Virus record (IMG/VR): IMGVR_UViG_3300029288_000149 | Location: 11,317-75,316 of that record | Direction: 5' to 3' (one strand) | Source of the DNA: a virus | Taxonomy: Duplodnaviria; Caudoviricetes | Length of the DNA stretch: 64,000 nt | Shown here: piece by piece, positions 37,730-46,781 of the stretch | Layout: each line of letters begins with the position of its first letter | Position numbering within the stretch: position 1 is the first letter of the stretch | Notes under the pieces: generated by a model | Told to the model about the DNA's origin: nothing | The model's input: the letters and a program-made list of their open reading frames with translations, nothing else | The model's database searches: none | Position numbers and translations under genes: made by a program

Positions 37730-38818
37730 AGGAAATTGTTCAAGGAATTCTCTCTCAGTTTTTGAGATATCAATAAAATTCTCCAAATCCTTCCAATTAT
37801 CCTGTCTGTGAAGGTATTCCAGTGCAGCGACACGGAAATCACCTCCGTGAGTCATTTGTGTAAGGACTTTATCGATCACACCTTTGTCGGCATTCAACAA
37901 TTTATGCAGAACTAACATCCATCCACACTCGACAAGGAATGTATCTTCAAGTTCGTTTACAATCGTAGCATTCAGTGTGTTGGTGTCAATGGCTTCAAGT
38001 AGGAAACGTAATTGGTTGTCGAAGTCATCAAAGTCACCATTTATTCTTGACGTGATAGGAGTGCTACCGAATCCCATCTCGTACATACTGATCAAACCGT
38101 GTTGGATGACGTTATCGATAATCTTATTAGCACGTTCATAATGTCTAGAATAGACATGACAGGAATCGGCAAGATAATGTAATTCACCAACTTTAGTGTC
38201 TGTGCTAGAGGCAAAGAGTTCCATGAGCACAGACCACTCAAACAGATTTATGCCACTCATACCCCAAACTACATCATTGGATCTGACAGCAACTGTTGTG
38301 TTGACTTTATCATGCCTGATCATGGTGTGAATCCAATTCGAGCAGGGCACATCTTTACTCCAACGGACAAAGTCCTCGCTCGGATCAAATATAGACATAA
38401 CCGCTCGACGAGTTGTGTTGTCTTCATTCAAGAGATCAATGTTCTCTTTTATCTGATCAACAAAGTCGTCCATACTAATACTTCCAGTATCGAAATTTCT
38501 CAACCGCTTTCCGTATCCTGCTCTCCAAACAACATTATCATCACTGAAGTCTTTAGCTCGAGGTAAGTACTTGCTCAGAAAGGCAATGTCGTTACGACCA
38601 GCCAGAACCCACAACGTCTCTGCAATGGTGGCAAAGATGTTGTTGTTACGGTACGGCATACAGATAACACGTTGAGCAGGATTTGTGATCTGCATAACCA
38701 TAGTCTGAATTTCTCTGGTTTCCTGTTCTCTTACTGTTACTGTGTCACCGTTCGTCATTACTTCTCTTAAGGCTTCAAAGAATGCCTGTTGTAAATTTGT
38801 TACAGTTGTCGAGTACAT
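37721..38818 (-). CDS. thymidylate synthase-fold enzyme, probably dUMP hydroxymethylase
   Basis: DVPC catalytic Cys; VRSNDVVWGMSGIN with Asn at the dUMP-specificity position; HVY. Confidence 0.8.
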   Translation of the reverse strand: MYSTTVTNLQQAFFEALREVMTNGDTVTVREQETREIQTMVMQITNPAQRVICMPYRNNNIFATIAETLWVLAGRNDIAFLSKYLPRAKDFSDDNVVWRAGYGKRLRNFDTGSISMDDFVDQIKENIDLLNEDNTTRRAVMSIFDPSEDFVRWSKDVPCSNWIHTMIRHDKVNTTVAVRSNDVVWGMSGINLFEWSVLMELFASSTDTKVGELHYLADSCHVYSRHYERANKIIDNVIQHGLISMYEMGFGSTPITSRINGDFDDFDNQLRFLLEAIDTNTLNATIVNELEDTFLVECGWMLVLHKLLNADKGVIDKVLTQMTHGGDFRVAALEYLHRQDNWKDLENFIDISKTEREFLEQFPHG

Positions 38819-38884
38819 CGTTTCTCCTTGTAGAACACTAAAAGACTGTCTTAGACAGTCTATGATGATAAGTTTGGTTAAGTA

Positions 38885-39553
38885 TTATCTTTTGAAATAC
38901 ATAACTCGTATCCACAATTTGTCCTGAGTACAATCCACCTCATCAAATTTGAATCCTTGTTTCTTCAGATTCTTCTGAATTAAGTTGGCATTGTCCCTCC
39001 ATTCTTTGTGTCCAAAGTGGAATTCAATAATTATTTGTCTTACACAATCAGGCAATTTCAGACTGTCAAATATGTCATACTCAGCTCCTTCAACATCACA
39101 TTTGATAATTGTTGGTTGTATATCTTCAAGTACTTCTTCAATTCCTATCGATTCTGCTTTAAATGGTCCCTCTCTGCCTCTCTTTATGTGGGATGAAGTA
39201 GCACCACTGTTCTTTGCTCCGAGATAATATTCTACTTGCTGACCTGCAGTTTTCTGAGACACACAAGCGTAATTGTATACTTGTATGTCTTTGTAAGGTT
39301 TTGTGTTCAATTCCAATAATTCATAATTATCCTTTGCCATCTCAATGCTGATAACCTGATCAACTTTCAAGGACGTAGGTATGGCAAACGTTCCGATATG
39401 TCCACCAATGTCAAGAACAACATCCTGCATTGTAAGTTCCAAAGCACCATATTGTTTACCATATAAGTTTTCCTTCATGGTAAGTAAGTCACCATAATTT
39501 CCTTCACGATAATGGAATGGTTTACCATTGAATTCTGTTGTGACAATGTTCAT
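38885..39553 (-). CDS. FkbM-family SAM methyltransferase
   Basis: VLDIGGHIGTF; IIKCDVEGAEY; IIEFH. Confidence 0.85.
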   Translation of the reverse strand: MNIVTTEFNGKPFHYREGNYGDLLTMKENLYGKQYGALELTMQDVVLDIGGHIGTFAIPTSLKVDQVISIEMAKDNYELLELNTKPYKDIQVYNYACVSQKTAGQQVEYYLGAKNSGATSSHIKRGREGPFKAESIGIEEVLEDIQPTIIKCDVEGAEYDIFDSLKLPDCVRQIIIEFHFGHKEWRDNANLIQKNLKKQGFKFDEVDCTQDKLWIRVMYFKR

Positions 39554-39768
39554 TGTTTTCTCCTAAATTTGTCAGGTTTCAATTTCTTTGTCAACCAGAT
39601 GTATACGTCTATCATTGTACGACATCCGATAATTTCACCTTTATACTGAATTACGTACACACGATTACCTTTAGGATCAGTACGTCTCTCAGGTTCTAAT
39701 GTAGCTCCAATGCTTGCACAAGCCATTATCATCAAAGTCTTTGACTTCCATGGTTGATTCTTTGCCAT
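39550..39768 (-). CDS. hypothetical protein
   Basis: Start reassigned to MAKNQ behind AGGAG. Confidence 0.55.
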   Translation of the reverse strand: MAKNQPWKSKTLMIMACASIGATLEPERRTDPKGNRVYVIQYKGEIIGCRTMIDVYIWLTKKLKPDKFRRKQ

Positions 39769-39775
39769 AATGCTC

Positions 39776-40039
39776 CTAAAGTATCTGTGTTCTGTATTTA
39801 GCAAGTGCTTGCATAATTGTTGACATAAATGTTGGTGTACTGACAAGAATTTCTGTGTCAGGACTCTTAATTCTGACAGTATAACCTTCAACATTGATTA
39901 CAGGAAGTTTACCACAATACTTCATCGTAAATGTGCAATCTTTGTTCTTCTGTAAGTATTGCAGAAGTTTTGCTAGATTCTCTTGTTCAACTTTACCTGT
40001 CTCAATAAATTTGTCAAAGACTTCTGCATATTCAATCAT
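39776..40039 (-). CDS. hypothetical protein
   Basis: RBS and upstream intergenic motif. Confidence 0.6.
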   Translation of the reverse strand: MIEYAEVFDKFIETGKVEQENLAKLLQYLQKNKDCTFTMKYCGKLPVINVEGYTVRIKSPDTEILVSTPTFMSTIMQALAKYRTQIL

Positions 40040-40066
40040 CGGTTATTCTCCCACTAATACAACTTG

Positions 40067-40306
40067 TTATGTGATGGTCATATGTTGTAGACGGTCTATT
40101 TCAGCATAAATTTCCTTCAGCTTTGACACAGTGAAAGTTTTCTTTGCTGGATAATCTATATACAGCTTATTCATCTCAAGATTTGTGAGCATAAATAGTT
40201 CTTTGAGTTTGTCTGGAGGTATCCTATAAGGTTTTCTGTTTATGTAAAATCTTGATCTTTGAGTAGGACATCTCTCGATGGTTACACTACGTAATTCTTC
40301 ATCCAT
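40067..40306 (-). CDS. hypothetical protein
   Basis: Start reassigned to MDEEL overlapping the resolvase stop. Confidence 0.55.
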   Translation of the reverse strand: MDEELRSVTIERCPTQRSRFYINRKPYRIPPDKLKELFMLTNLEMNKLYIDYPAKKTFTVSKLKEIYAEIDRLQHMTIT

Positions 40307-40784
40307 GTTTATCCACCTCATACGCATACCTCGCAATGCAGATCGCATCAGCAATGCCCGTATGTGCCTTTTGACTTCTAGGAGTTGCCAGAAGAGAGAT
40401 GTACGGGTATACACGAGCACAATATTCAATCGCTGCATTCTTGTCCTTGACTGTGTCATACAGAATCTTCTTCTTCCAGGTTTGTGGAGAGACAAGGAAT
40501 CGTGGAATTCCCAAAGCTGCAACAACTCCATGGATCATACCAGTTGTCATACCGAATGAGAACATTGAAGCCACACCTTGTCCTGGCATACTGTGCACTT
40601 TCTCAATTGTAGCCTGAACAGTTCCTTGCTCTTGTAATAATTTCAGTAATGATGCCAATTCTGATAAATTAATTTCATTATCTCCAGACATAGGGTATGT
40701 ATGTTCTGTCATACACTCACCATTTTCTGATATTGCAGCAAATGCACCAGCCTTGCCGGGATCAAATCCTACATAAATCTTCAT
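40299..40784 (-). CDS. ruvC: RuvC-like Holliday junction resolvase
   Basis: VGFDPG; IEKVHSMPGQGVASMFSFG; WKK; ADAICIA. Confidence 0.85.
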   Translation of the reverse strand: MKIYVGFDPGKAGAFAAISENGECMTEHTYPMSGDNEINLSELASLLKLLQEQGTVQATIEKVHSMPGQGVASMFSFGMTTGMIHGVVAALGIPRFLVSPQTWKKKILYDTVKDKNAAIEYCARVYPYISLLATPRSQKAHTGIADAICIARYAYEVDKHG

Positions 40785-40823
40785 AATTGTATACTCCTAT
40801 GTAATACAACTTGTATTATGCAA

Positions 40824-40854
40824 AAGACCTGACAACGACGGTTTGTCAGGTCTT
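40824..40854 (-). terminator. intrinsic terminator closing the tRNA/ncRNA unit
   Basis: 12-bp stem AAGACCTGACAA/TTGTCAGGTCTT followed by T run on the minus strand. Confidence 0.7.
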
Positions 40855-41013
40855 CTAGGCGATTATGGTTTGGTTGAGCTAATGCCCTAAGTTGTGGGTT
40901 ACCATCCTACACAACGTTCTTGAGAGCGGACAGTGGTGATCACCATCCATCACCTATCACAATCGTATCGGAAGAAGTTCTCAGGCTTCAGCACCAACAA
41001 TTGTAGCTCTTTG

Positions 41014-41101
41014 TGGAGTAGACGAGATTCGAACTCGCTCGGGTAATGAACCCTCTTACCAGTATGTCGGTTGGTCTTATTTAGACACAACTACTTACCC
41101 C
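41014..41101 (-). ncRNA. tRNA-like RNA (88 nt) with canonical T-arm but no pairable anticodon arm
   Basis: GGGGTAAG...GCGAG-TTCGAAT-CTCGT-CTACTCC-A; G3:U70 pair and A73. Confidence 0.5.
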
Positions 41102-41237
41102 AGAGAGGCTCAGTGTGTACACAAGAGCCTCTTGTTAAGCTCGTAAACTTGACTGCTAATAGCATACCTTCAGCATGACGAGATGTATAGCGACACCTGA
41201 TGCATTTTAGTCTTTGCCGGGAAGTCTCGTTTACTTG

Positions 41238-41310
41238 TGGAGGAGGGAGGGATCGAACCTTCAACCGACACGTTATGAGCGTGCTGCTCTGACCATTGAG
41301 CTACTTCTCC
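41238..41310 (-). tRNA. tRNA with CAT anticodon (Met elongator or lysidine Ile)
   Basis: Cloverleaf by eye: GGAGAAG acceptor, GCACG-CTCATAA-CGTGT anticodon arm, GGTTCGATCCC T-loop; no encoded CCA. Confidence 0.9.
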
Positions 41311-41460
41311 GTGCCGTCTCTCCGGCTGTCACGTCTCGTCAGGTTTATTTCACGACGTTCTGGTTTTATCTCACTCTCAAGGTTGTGGACAACCTTTCTC
41401 CGTCAGGGTTACAGGACTGGGACTCACCACTGTGCTGATCGTCAAGAGCTTACAGAGAAG

Positions 41461-41533
41461 TACCACCAGCTGGAGTCGAACCAGCAACCATCGGATTAGA
41501 AGTCCGGTGCTCTATCCATTGAGCTACGGTGGT
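41461..41533 (-). tRNA. tRNA-Arg(TCT)
   Basis: ACCACCG/TGGTGGT acceptor, CT-TCT-AA anticodon loop, GGTTCGACTCC T-loop; 73 nt. Confidence 0.9.
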
Positions 41534-42091
41534 ATGACTTAGCAATTTATTTGATGTCTAACCTCGACTGTCTGATTGGCAGTATCGCTACGTCATCATT
41601 CGACTGTCTGTACAGACATCAAAGAAATTGCCAAATTTACATCGGAGAGGTTTTGGAAGCTCAGCCGATGAGCTGTCACTCACCGCCAGCCACTTCATGG
41701 GAGTCCTGCACCTTTCTCTCAGTGAAGCCAGATACGAACTTTTTCATGTCAATGACATATACTTTGGCTCTTATCCTTCTCACAGACAGCTATGTTCGAT
41801 CAAGGTTTGTCTCCCGACCATCGGCTGGAGAATTCCACTCCAACTCGCTGATCCTCTCTTCTGTCTTATTCTCACCACAGGCAGCAGCCTTGTCCAAGGT
41901 TACACACGTAAAGTGAGAACGTAGGTAACTCCCCTGGACTGGGGAGAAACTTTCTATTCAGTTTGTAAAGTTCTTGAGGGAGCAGGGATTGAGGGGGGCA
42001 ACCACTGCTCCCTTGCAAATGGGAGAGGAGGGCAGCCTCTCCTGATAATACAACTTGTTGACCAAAACTTTTGGTTCAAGTTGCAAATAAT

Positions 42092-42119
42092 ATTATATAC
42101 TCATTTCTGTAAAAGTAAA
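42092..42119 (-). promoter_or_regulatory. sigma70-like promoter for the tRNA/ncRNA cluster (TTTACT-N16-TATAAT)
   Basis: Homologous to the promoters at 7560 and 46716. Confidence 0.7.
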
Positions 42120-42141
42120 GGGTTAGCACGATATTAGTTTA

Positions 42142-42813
42142 CTAACTTGACGGTTGTACCGTGTTCAAATCTTCATGTATCCAGATAGTATTCAAACCGT
42201 CAGTCTGAATCTTCACATAAGGTTTGTCGATAAAGTAAGCATTTATAGCATCAGAATGAAACGACTTACGTTTGTCAGGATGATTCTCGTGTGTCTCTAC
42301 AATAACCATTCTTGGAAGCCACTCCATTATGTCAAATCCTGCAAGTACTTGAAGTTCTGCACCTTCAACGTCGATACTCAGGACTTCAAATTTCTTAGGT
42401 ATTTGAAGTTCTTCAAGCGATTTGTTCAGAGTTGTTACTTCACTCATTATGAATTTGGTGTCGTCATACTTCTCATCCCATGGAGACCGCTCCACAGTCT
42501 CAAGGTCAATCGTTGGATTAGAACTGGTATAAAGTCTTACTGTACCTTCTGAATTCCCAACACACTTGTTTATTGTTGCAACATTGTGACACTTACTGAC
42601 ATGAAGATTCCTGCAACTTTCGTACAGGTTTGGCATAGGTTCGTAGCACACTCCAGCCCAACCAGCTTCAGCAAGTCCGTAGGTATTTGAGAATGTGAAA
42701 CCGTCATGTGCTCCAACATCCACAAAGGTCGCACCAATCACAAATGAGAAGTACTTCTCATAAAGTTCAGCAAGATTCTTAATTTGACAAGAGTCAGGCA
42801 TCTTGTACATCAT
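42142..42813 (-). CDS. FkbM-family SAM methyltransferase
   Basis: FVDVGAHDG..SNT; YEP; LSIDVEGAE; VIVE. Confidence 0.85.
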   Translation of the reverse strand: MMYKMPDSCQIKNLAELYEKYFSFVIGATFVDVGAHDGFTFSNTYGLAEAGWAGVCYEPMPNLYESCRNLHVSKCHNVATINKCVGNSEGTVRLYTSSNPTIDLETVERSPWDEKYDDTKFIMSEVTTLNKSLEELQIPKKFEVLSIDVEGAELQVLAGFDIMEWLPRMVIVETHENHPDKRKSFHSDAINAYFIDKPYVKIQTDGLNTIWIHEDLNTVQPSS

Positions 42814-43457
42814 GATATTCTCAATAAATCACTGAAGTTGTTATCATGGAATCCTGTGACTTCTACACAAGGCTGCTTATGCTTTGTAAGAATGTTTGTT
42901 AAGATACTTTGATCATGTCTGTGTGCTTTGAATGTTGGGAAGTTGTCTTTTGACGTAGTGTCTGATACAGTTCTATAATTCAGACAATACTCTCTCCACT
43001 CTTCGATTAACCCAATTCCCTGTCTTTTAGCACATACAACTCCTGCCCAAACTTGAGTTGTATCCCAGTATTCCTCAGTATCACAATCCATATCTCTGAA
43101 GCACGAACGTTTAGTCCAGTCTTTGTTTATGAATGAGGTCTTCACAGCAGACAATAATTTCGTCTCAGTAAAGATTCTTAGTATTGCTTCACGATTTGGG
43201 TACACAACTGAGGAGTCGAGATACAAGACCTCTTCTGACAATTTGAGAGCATCAAGAATTATTAGTGGCTTCCATGTCCAATAACCACCACCTTTATGTG
43301 TTGAAAAGATTTCTGGATGTTCTGTGAATTCAGGATGATTTACTAACCATCCTCTGTCATATGCCTTGAACGGTAAGTTGTCAGACTTACACATATTCTC
43401 AAGTCTTCTGACCATGTTCAAATAACCCTGATTGTCTGAATATGCAATGATTAGCAA
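42810..43457 (-). CDS. putative GT-A glycosyltransferase
   Basis: GGGYWTWKPLII; LYLDS; VWAG; HRHDQSIL. Confidence 0.6.
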   Translation of the reverse strand: MLIIAYSDNQGYLNMVRRLENMCKSDNLPFKAYDRGWLVNHPEFTEHPEIFSTHKGGGYWTWKPLIILDALKLSEEVLYLDSSVVYPNREAILRIFTETKLLSAVKTSFINKDWTKRSCFRDMDCDTEEYWDTTQVWAGVVCAKRQGIGLIEEWREYCLNYRTVSDTTSKDNFPTFKAHRHDQSILTNILTKHKQPCVEVTGFHDNNFSDLLRIS

Positions 43458-43458
43458 A

Positions 43459-43629
43459 CTAATCTCCCATATCGAACGGTAATTCTATCTCCCAACCATT
43501 CTTCTTTGCGAGTGCTAAATCAACTTCAAGTTTCTTCCTGAATTCATCAGCTTCTTCTCCCTTGATTCTTGGAGGTTTTCCATTTATCATGTCGACTGTG
43601 ATCTTCTCTATGTCATCTGATGTAAGCAT
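43459..43629 (-). CDS. small charged hypothetical protein (56 aa, below ORF-track cutoff)
   Basis: Manual translation MLTSDDIEKITVDMINGKPPRIKGEEADEFRKKLEVDLALAKKNGWEIELPFDMGD; GGAG RBS. Confidence 0.6.
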   Translation of the reverse strand: MLTSDDIEKITVDMINGKPPRIKGEEADEFRKKLEVDLALAKKNGWEIELPFDMGD

Positions 43630-43638
43630 AATAGGCTC

Positions 43639-44544
43639 CTAATATCTTCCCTTATTTAAGAAACTTGCATAAGCATTAGTGTCTAATATCTTCAATTCTG
43701 TTCCAACTGCAGATGCAATTAATTTCGGTGTATTACCATTTGTGTCATACAAGTCCACTGATGACATACCACTATACTTTACAATATCTTCAAAGACTCT
43801 TGAGACAGAAGCATGATTCTCACGCAAGACAGACTCAGGTATATATCTTCCAGTCTTCTTTGCTCTTGAGATGCTTCTAGCAACAGCAGTCTCGACATCA
43901 ACCGTAACATAAATACCTTTCACTGGTTGTCCATTTCTGCTGAGTTTCTCGACCTTTGAGAGTACTGACTTTATACCACCATCACCAGTCCCATCCATTA
44001 ACACATTGTAACCATTGTCTGATGCTTCTGCCATTATTTCTTTTGCCAAATATGATGATTCTTCATGTACAAATGGTGCTCTATTTGGATCCTTAGGATC
44101 TCCAAATTCGTATTCAGGTAACATTCCCTTTATGTCATCACCAGATGCAAGCACAGTATTATCAGGAATTTTGACAAAACCACTATTTACAATTGTGGAT
44201 TTACCAGAAGCAGGACCACCTCCTAAAATATATGAGACAGGATCTTTTACAGGAGTCTTGTCTTCAAAAAATTTCTTCTTTATTTTATCATGTAAGACTT
44301 GACGTTCTTTTGTCCAAGTACCATCAGAATTTCTGTACTGTTCCATTGTATCTAAACCATCAGGATTTGCCATCTTACCTGTGAACACACTCTTCTTATC
44401 TACAATTTTAGTCTTTTTGTCTGAAGACAATTTACCTCTTGCTGAACTTCCTGAAGGTAAGGATCCACCATGATGACCTGGTATACCTTTATGTCCATGG
44501 TGTCCTGAACCTTCACCACCCTTGAGTCTGATTATGTACTTCAT
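43639..44544 (-). CDS. KGGxGSG-tagged zeta-toxin-like P-loop kinase
   Basis: MKYIIRLKGGEGSG tag; GGGPASGKST; DDIKGMLPEY; VHEESS; VLMDGT. Confidence 0.8.
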   Translation of the reverse strand: MKYIIRLKGGEGSGHHGHKGIPGHHGGSLPSGSSARGKLSSDKKTKIVDKKSVFTGKMANPDGLDTMEQYRNSDGTWTKERQVLHDKIKKKFFEDKTPVKDPVSYILGGGPASGKSTIVNSGFVKIPDNTVLASGDDIKGMLPEYEFGDPKDPNRAPFVHEESSYLAKEIMAEASDNGYNVLMDGTGDGGIKSVLSKVEKLSRNGQPVKGIYVTVDVETAVARSISRAKKTGRYIPESVLRENHASVSRVFEDIVKYSGMSSVDLYDTNGNTPKLIASAVGTELKILDTNAYASFLNKGRY

Positions 44545-44545
44545 G

Positions 44546-45802
44546 TCAAAGCTCCTTATTCCTCGAGTCACCGACAGCATACTTATCACGAAATGCTTTA
44601 CTTTGATATGTAATTACACCAAACATACCTGTCTCTGACAAAACTGATGAAATAAATGCATCTTCAAATGGGACTCCATAGTAAGCATTACCAGCAGTCT
44701 TCCATGTGTTGTCAACAACATTACCACTCTTATCTACACACCATGCATGTTCTATCGGTATGTCAGCAAAGTCAGGAATGGCAAGACCTTCAACATATTG
44801 CAATTCATCATGTGCTGATGCTAGATAATATGCATTCATATAGCACAGCTTTGGCTTGCCTAATTTATACTTCTTAGGTAATTCTTGAGGAATATAAAAC
44901 TTACCATGCCTCTTTACGACACCATAAATGGAATTCTCTTGCATATTTGATACTTTGTCCACAAAGTCAGTCAAGACTCTCTTACTATCATTTGAGGAAG
45001 ATACTAATACACCTCTTGGTAAGCTACCACCTTCTTGTCCAAGACGTCCCTTATGACCATGAAAGCCACTTCCTACACCACCTTTATACTGATGTGCTAA
45101 TTTACCTATTAGTTGTTGGAATTCTTTGTTTTTGTAGGTAATAGTCTTCAAATTAGTAATAAATGAATCCCACATATTAGAAACTTTTGTATCGTCTATA
45201 AGTTTACCACCATGCTTGTCTATAAGATCTTCAAGTGTCGCTTCTCTTTTAGGCAGCCATGTACTTAAGAATTTGTCCGTACCTATGACTTTGTAATCAC
45301 CACCAGAAAATTTATCAGCAACAGCATTAGCTTGATCTCTTAATACATCGAAACTAGACATATCATTGGTGTACGGCATTCTAACAGTAATTGCAGGTGA
45401 GAAGAATATGTCATTCTCTCCAATATACATACCAGAAGCAATTGCAGCATCTTTTATGGACTGTAATTGTTCAGGAGTATTTTTATGCTTCCAAAATGCT
45501 ATATAGCCTACACCTCTTGAGCGTCTATCAGGATAAGGATAATCAACCATTAATCCTGATGCACTTTGTGCAGAATTATATCCCATCTTATGTAATTCTT
45601 CAAGAGTGTCAGCAATTCCTGCATCAACTCCTTTAGCAACACCTTCAGCATCTCTTACTCTAACTCCCATAGAATCAATTGTTATTGGCTTGTCTGTTGT
45701 CGATAAAACACCACGTGCGATAGATCCACCAACTTCTCCCTTACGACCTTTGTGTCCATGAAAACCTGAACCTAAACCACCCTTCAATCTACCAATAATC
45801 AT
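44546..45802 (-). CDS. double-tagged protein: unknown cargo + Cys-His-Asp (transglutaminase/papain-like) cargo
   Basis: LKGGLGSG and YKGGVGSG tags; CYMNA..YVEG..IEHAWCVD..VVDNTW. Confidence 0.7.
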   Translation of the reverse strand: MIIGRLKGGLGSGFHGHKGRKGEVGGSIARGVLSTTDKPITIDSMGVRVRDAEGVAKGVDAGIADTLEELHKMGYNSAQSASGLMVDYPYPDRRSRGVGYIAFWKHKNTPEQLQSIKDAAIASGMYIGENDIFFSPAITVRMPYTNDMSSFDVLRDQANAVADKFSGGDYKVIGTDKFLSTWLPKREATLEDLIDKHGGKLIDDTKVSNMWDSFITNLKTITYKNKEFQQLIGKLAHQYKGGVGSGFHGHKGRLGQEGGSLPRGVLVSSSNDSKRVLTDFVDKVSNMQENSIYGVVKRHGKFYIPQELPKKYKLGKPKLCYMNAYYLASAHDELQYVEGLAIPDFADIPIEHAWCVDKSGNVVDNTWKTAGNAYYGVPFEDAFISSVLSETGMFGVITYQSKAFRDKYAVGDSRNKEL

Positions 45803-45981
45803 TTCGGATCCTCTGACTTGACTGTGTTGTGATCTCGAAATACACAAGTACACGGTAATACACCATGTTCTGTATCACACTCACCCTTACCATGACACCA
45901 ATAGCAGTCAGGCTTAGGGTCATTATACATATAATCTTTGAATTGTGGATATTTCTTTAGGAGTTGAGTCAGATTCATCAT
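45799..45981 (-). CDS. small CxxCxGxG zinc-finger protein
   Basis: PDCYWCHGKGEC..PCTCV. Confidence 0.6.
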   Translation of the reverse strand: MMNLTQLLKKYPQFKDYMYNDPKPDCYWCHGKGECDTEHGVLPCTCVFRDHNTVKSEDPK

Positions 45982-46181
45982 TACCTCTTTTTATAATATA
46001 CCTTCACATGGTCAATCAAAGTAGGAGAACGTATTCTTACAAGTCTATGAACGTTACGCTGATCAGATAACGGTGGAAATGTTCTACCAATAATTGGCCA
46101 ATGTCTCCACCGGAATCTCCATAAGGAGTAGTCTACGCTGACTGTTCTGATAAAATCAGAATATGACCAATGAATAGTCAT
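45981..46181 (-). CDS. hypothetical protein
   Basis: Operon-coupled 66-aa ORF. Confidence 0.45.
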   Translation of the reverse strand: MTIHWSYSDFIRTVSVDYSLWRFRWRHWPIIGRTFPPLSDQRNVHRLVRIRSPTLIDHVKVYYKKR

Positions 46182-46601
46182 CTACCATCCAGAGAGTTCT
46201 TTGCCGAAGTCAACAGCATCAGAACAACTGTTTATTCCCATATCCTGGTCGTTCTGATATTCGTCAGGATCAGGTTCATCAAATTTGATTCCATAAGCCT
46301 CAGCTGCTGCTCTGAACTCGGGAAGTGAGGCATATTGTGGATACAATCCTATGAGATAAGTATACACAATAGATTGTAAGTGATGATTATGGATCACAAT
46401 ACACTCGAATGGTGTAGCTTCAGAGTTTGCCTTTGTTCGTAATTCATCCGAATTAGGGAAGAAGTACCGACAGAAGGCAAAGGTGTCTGTAATCTTTGTT
46501 ACAAAACCGAACTGTACGTCCGGATGTTCGAAATTACCTTCAGCATGAGTCGGTACCATTGCTATTTGTGTGCCAATTTTCAAATCTTTAGGATCAGTCA
46601 T
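46182..46601 (-). CDS. hypothetical protein
   Basis: Start reassigned to MTDPK behind AGGAGG and the intergenic motif. Confidence 0.65.
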   Translation of the reverse strand: MTDPKDLKIGTQIAMVPTHAEGNFEHPDVQFGFVTKITDTFAFCRYFFPNSDELRTKANSEATPFECIVIHNHHLQSIVYTYLIGLYPQYASLPEFRAAAEAYGIKFDEPDPDEYQNDQDMGINSCSDAVDFGKELSGW

Positions 46602-46715
46602 TGTGTCCTCCTGACTAATACAACTTGGTTTGCGAAACTTATTATGAGAAGTGACGTATATTAAGTATGACAAGGTTAAACCGTGACGACTTGACGATAA
46701 AACCGTGCCAAACCC

Positions 46716-46745
46716 TTTACTTTTTACAGAGTAACGGTGTATAAT
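46716..46745 (+). promoter_or_regulatory. sigma70-like promoter (TTTACT-N18-TATAAT) driving the plus-strand island
   Basis: Near-duplicate of the 7560 cassette, including downstream motif and RBS. Confidence 0.8.
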
Positions 46746-46781
46746 AATGTTATGACAAGTTATATTACTCAGGAGGATCAA

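Noticed and set aside
37721-38818. dCMP hydroxymethylase (T4 gp42-type), which would pair naturally with the BGT-like gene
   Set aside because: The specificity position carries Asn (GMSGIN), as in dUMP-using enzymes, not Asp. Plain thymidylate synthase activity is not excluded.
40067-40531. 154-aa ORF as given in the track
   Set aside because: Its N-terminal half overlaps ruvC on the same strand; the real start is probably ATG 40306 with an RBS.
41014-41240. Full tmRNA gene
   Set aside because: The acceptor/T-arm resemble tmRNA, but the 5' GGGG lies only 88 nt from the 3' end and a real tRNA lies just upstream. There is no room for a tag ORF, and the order does not fit a permuted gene.
41640-41730. 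RNase P RNA
   Set aside because: Only vague resemblance (GAGAGAAAGG..., CCAAAACC); the P4 helix strands cannot be paired.
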